DNA of 64,000 nucleotides, from contig CAWDOY010000009.1 in assembly GCA_963803975.1 (NCBI GenBank), positions 1-64,000 on the forward strand, written 5' to 3'. The stretch comes from an uncultured delta proteobacterium. Lineage in GTDB: Bacteria > Desulfobacterota > WTBG01 > CAIYCZ01. The notes under the pieces are model-generated. The model made no database searches and was not told the origin of the DNA. It worked only from the letters and a program-made list of their open reading frames with translations. A program made the position numbers and the translations under genes. Of this stretch, positions 59,601-64,000 are shown piece by piece (within the stretch, counting starts at the first letter, position 1; every line of letters begins with the position of its first letter).

Positions 59601-59706
59601 TTTTCTGGAAATCCTGCGTACGCTTTCTGAATATAAAGTCGATTTTATAGTGGTCGGAGGTGTGTGTGCCGTGCTTCACGGCGCTCCCATGACCACGTTT
59701 GATCTC
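59581..59706 (+). pseudogene. Truncated nucleotidyltransferase
   Basis: VDFIVVGGVCAVLHGAPMTTFDL, then similarity to 54997-55521 stops inside the DxD motif. Confidence 0.7.
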
Positions 59707-60011
59707 CCGCTCCGCCGACAATTACCCCATCCAAAAGGGACTTTTTATCAATTATATTTACGAGGGTCTGATACCTATCAAGCACCAATATATCTATAAA
59801 AGTAAGGCACTTGGCCACGTTCTTTTCATGACGCAACCAATAAACTGAACGTACACAAACGTATCACTTCAAACTCAAAACATCAATTACAATAACGGAG
59901 GGAATAGAGATGAGATATCCGTTTTGTACAAGGCTGAGTAAAAGTTTGACATGGCTGGCGTCATTGGTGATGACTGTTTGCTGGGCAGTCTCCGTAAATG
60001 CAATTTCCAAT

Positions 60012-61728
60012 ATGAAAAGAATGCAGTCTCTCATTTATTTTAATATCGTTATGGTTATGCTTTTAGTGATTTCAGGGTGTGAACCATACCCGGAGTGTGG
60101 ACCTGCTGATCTTGTAATCAAGAATGCGAAAGTTGTTACGGTTGATAAGGAAAATCCAGAAGCCGAGGCCGTCGCGTTTGTTGGAGAGTTTATTGTAGAT
60201 GTAACTTCCAACAGGAAAATTGCAAAGTACATTCAGGAAGGGAAGACGGAAGTTATTGATGCCGCAGGGAGGCTTGTCATACCCGGATTCAATGATGCTC
60301 ATGCGCATTTTTCATCCATTGACCTGGATTTCATTGACCTCAGGTATATTACCGAACCGAATATCATTACAGAGAAGGTGAGGGAAAAGGTAGCTGTATC
60401 CCAACCGGGAGAGCTGATCATGGGTGGTAACTGGGACCATGAGATGTTTCCCGATAAAAGGTGGCCAACCAAAGAGTTGATCGATCCTGTTTCTCCTGAC
60501 AACCCAGTGTTACTCTTCCGGACAGATTACCATTCGGTATTGGTTAACAGCTATGTATTAAGGAATTCGGGAATAACTAAGGATACACCCGATCCGGAGG
60601 GCGGAGAGATTCAGAGAGATAGCGTGACAGGAGAGCCTACAGGTATACTCAAGGAATCGGCAAAGGGGTTGATTAAAACCGGGGAAATACCGGTTGAAAG
60701 AACTCCTGAAGAGATTAAGCAACGCCTGATCGAAGGTTGGAAGGCAGCATTTAGAATGGCTGCTGAACTTGGTGTGACAAGTATTCAGCATCCGGGAGAG
60801 GGAGATGCTGAATTTTACCAGGAATGGTTTGACCAGGGAATGCTCACTTGCCGGATGGATGTTGCCGGTCGGCTTACTAACGATACAGACGCCCTGGAAA
60901 AATACGATGAGTTGAGAGAGAAATATCCACCCGAAGGAAACTGGATCCGGTTTGGATACCTGAAAGGGCAAATTGATGGGACACTGGGTTCAGCTACCTT
61001 TATGCTTTATGAACCGTTCATCGGATGACCCGGATAATACGGGTTTACCTCAGATGACCTATGAAGAGCTGGAACAGAAAGTGGTGACATGCGACAGTAT
61101 GGGATTCCAGATCGGAATACATGCCATTGGCGATAAGGCCAATACCTGGATCCTGAATGCTTTTGAAAAAGCAGCCGAGGTAAACGGCTGGAAGGATAGC
61201 CGGCACCGCAGTGAACACGCTCAGATCCTTATTGAAGAAGATATTCCCAGATTTGCGCAACTGGGTGTCATCGCTTCCATGCAACCCACACACTGCATAA
61301 CAGATAAACGGTTTTGTGAAAAACGGATTGGTAAGGAGCGATCTAAGTATGCATATGCCTGGAGGAGTTTATTGGATGCAGGTGCAAAGATTGCTTTTGG
61401 AACCGATTATCCTGTTGAACCACTGGATCCAATGGAAGGATTATATGCAGCCGTTACCCGCAAAGACCGTATGGGAGAGGAAGGTGATGGCTGGTTCCCG
61501 GAGCAGAAACTGACCATGGAAGAAGCCATTGAACTCTATACCCTTGGGGCGGCATATGCCCAATTCATGGAGAACAGGAAGGGCATGATCAAAAAGGGTT
61601 ATTTGGGGGATGTTGTTATTGTAAACCAGGATCTGATGACCATCCCTGAAGAAGATATTATGAAGACAAAAGTTGATTATACCATAGTTGGAGGTAAGGT
61701 GGTTTTTAAAAGGAACGACACCGACTGA
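60012..61728 (+). CDS. Amidohydrolase_3 / YtcJ-like lipoprotein (frame change near 61020)
   Basis: Lipobox ISGC; PGFNDAHAH, GEPTGIL.E, DGTLGS, HAIGD, SEHAQ, FGTDYP and TIVGGKVV. Confidence 0.9.
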
Positions 61729-61829
61729 CTGAAGGCGCGGTCCCGGGGTCAGGGCGGCGGCGGTCCCATCGACTCTCGCAACATAATGCCCCCTTTTATT
61801 ATATAAATATGAATTAACCGCTATCGGAT

Positions 61830-64000
61830 TTATTCGTAGTCCAGACTGGTAAAAATAGCATTGGCCAACACACGGAACATATTTTTCGGATGCGCCCCGA
61901 AGGTTGGCGAGATCCCCAAAAGCGTGATATTGCCCGGCCCGCTCTCGCTGTGAATGACTACCGGTTTTCCGCGGGCTCCGCTGCTGGACCATCCCGACCA
62001 GTACCCTGATACAAAAAAATTCTCGTCATCCTTTATATACATAGCAGAATTGACGCCATTGCCGAGGCTCGAAAACCAATACGGAGAATTCAGATAGGCA
62101 TAGTCCTCTGAAGGAAGGCCGGCCGTAATGGGGTCTTTCGGTGAATTGACCACTTTGACAATACCATCGCCATCGGCCCGGTTCAGGGCAAAGTCCAACA
62201 AGGAAGCATTGTCAGCAAAGTCAACCCCCCCGGCCATGCCGATAAAGTTGCCGCCGTTTTTCAAAAAGTTAACAATATTATCGTACCCGACCTCATCAAG
62301 CTCCCACCGCCATTCCACTCGCTCGAAAATCAGCAAATCAAAATCACCCAATATGGATGGCGCGGCGTTCAACTCCGCGGAGGTGACCTCTTGATAGGTA
62401 AAACCGAGTTCTCGCAGGCTAAAAGTGAGCCCTGATTCTGTGGAAGGGTAGACGGCGATTCGCTGCGGCTCCAGCTGAACGGCACTGTCTGGAATTTTCA
62501 TGAGGGCAAAAACATCCAGCCCATATTCCAGCGCCAGGCGGTTTGCCTCCGCATGGTCAGCCCTGAAGATAAACGCGCCCACTTCCAGCGGGCTTTCAGC
62601 GCCCGCGGCACCTTCCAGACGCGACACATCGGTTCCGGCTGCAATCAGGTCATTTGCAGCCCTGATCGCCTCGTTGCAGTTCGGCAAATACGCGTACCCG
62701 GTGCCGGACCAGCCCTGCACGGAACCGCGCAGAGGCCACTGCTTTCGCAGGCGGGCTGTTTTGACAGTGAGCGGCTTCTCAGCCACGGCCAGCCGTACCC
62801 CCCAGAGCAGCGGGTGGGACCATGCGGACGGTTTGGCGTAGAATGACAGTCCCTCAATAGCGGAAAGGTCCACGCCGCTGCTGAGAATCGTGTTTGCCAG
62901 TCCCCGCTTGGGCTGGTTCATCCATACCACGCAGGTTCCCTTGGGATAAGTAATATTATCGAGGGTAAAGGCATGCAGTGCTTTTTCCACCTGAATATCG
63001 TTGGCCAGCAAAAAGTCGATCAGCATATGAGGCTGATGTTCACTTTGCTGTAAGGGCGGCGACAGGGCAATCACATATGCTTCCGGAAACTCCTGAATCA
63101 TCAGGTCTTCAAATTGATCGTATGGTATCTGGTCCAGGATTTCCTGGCTGACAGGCTGCTGGGGAAGATCGAGAAATCCCCGGCGGAATATTTCGATCTG
63201 GTCCATAACCATTTCCTGCTTGTTTTTGACCGCGAACTTCAGAGCCCCCATAACCGCCGTCACCAGGACCTCTACATCGAGTTCGTCCCCCCCCATCCGC
63301 CCCCAGTAGGGGGGCTTCCAGTGTGTGGCCGTACGATCCGTGGTACATGGCATACTGGGGGCCGTAGATCGGCGGCCAATCATCCCACGCACCAGCCATG
63401 TCGAGAATAGGAATCATAGAGTCCATGCCCAGTTGTTCCTTCACCTCTGCTTTCATGGCCAGGGCCTGAGCAAGGGCCCATCCCAGGTAAAGGTCATACT
63501 CGTAGTTGGGGTTGTGGGGCGGCGTGCAAGGCTCGATCAGCAGGGTGGGCATAAACCCGTGCATGTCCAGAAGCACCAGGGGATTCCAGTCGGCCAGCAC
63601 GGCGACCAGGGCTTTTGTTTCAGGCTGAGACTGGGTGATAAAATCACGGTTGAGGTTAATCCCGTACCCATTCACCCTGGTGCCGTTCACCCTGCCGTCA
63701 GGGTTTTGAATCGGGTTAATCAGCAGGATGAAGTTTTCCAGGATTTCCAGCGTTTCTGCGGACTCGTCATAGGCGAAGTGCTCGATCAGCTCCATGCAGG
63801 CATCAACACCCGGGAGTTCATTGCCGTGCGTCCCCCCATTCACAAAAAACGGGAGCTTAAAATCATCCAGGCGCTCGATTGTATCCTGGGCCCTTTCCGG
63901 ATCATGGGTCATCAGGCGGCGAATCTGCCTGTAGTGTCCAAGCCGTCTCAGGCCGTCCGGGGAAGTGATCGTCACGAGGTATAAATCACGCCCGCCAGCA
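61830..64000 (-). CDS. M14 zinc carboxypeptidase with C-terminal class I GATase-like domain (5' end outside window; frame change near 63300)
   Basis: HGNE, NPDGR, NLNRD, DMHG and HTLE; C-terminal GGNFIGMAGG. Confidence 0.88.

Noticed and set aside
5204..63400. Programmed frameshifting or selenocysteine read-through explaining the split ORFs
   Set aside because: The breaks are frame changes in unrelated genes with no shared slippery motif, and none that I examined is an in-frame TGA at a Cys position.

Overview
Bacterial chromosomal DNA of moderate to high GC. Gene content suggests an anaerobe, probably Desulfobacterota-like (inference). More than 20 genes are split by single-base frame changes, most likely uncorrected long-read indels rather than true pseudogenes. 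In order, the window holds: a membrane ferredoxin / aldehyde:ferredoxin oxidoreductase / exported ferrochelatase-like operon; three signal-peptide flavodoxin-fold paralogs; an OmpR-type two-component pair; an acyl-CoA dehydrogenase-etfB-etfA operon whose junctions carry repeats and a repeat-flanked DUF559 nuclease; GNAT, MBL, yggS, a pilin, an RNase E/G and a large PAS/GAF hybrid kinase; an HUH (RAYT-type) transposase with 26-bp inverted ends and dispersed end copies; a Sec-type Rhs toxin with a phospholipase A2-like tip; a ChlI/ChlD-like AAA+/VWA pair separated by a 150-bp MITE; and an Fe-S / FAD-oxidoreductase operon. The three most interesting signals are (1) a minimal Moco/tungsten-cofactor-type riboswitch apparently wired as a transcriptional ON switch (56043-56165), (2) the RAYT element with evidence of mobility and possible cassette boundaries, and (3) the DUF559 cassette inside a duplicated palindrome doublet. 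I found no rRNA, tRNA or CRISPR array.
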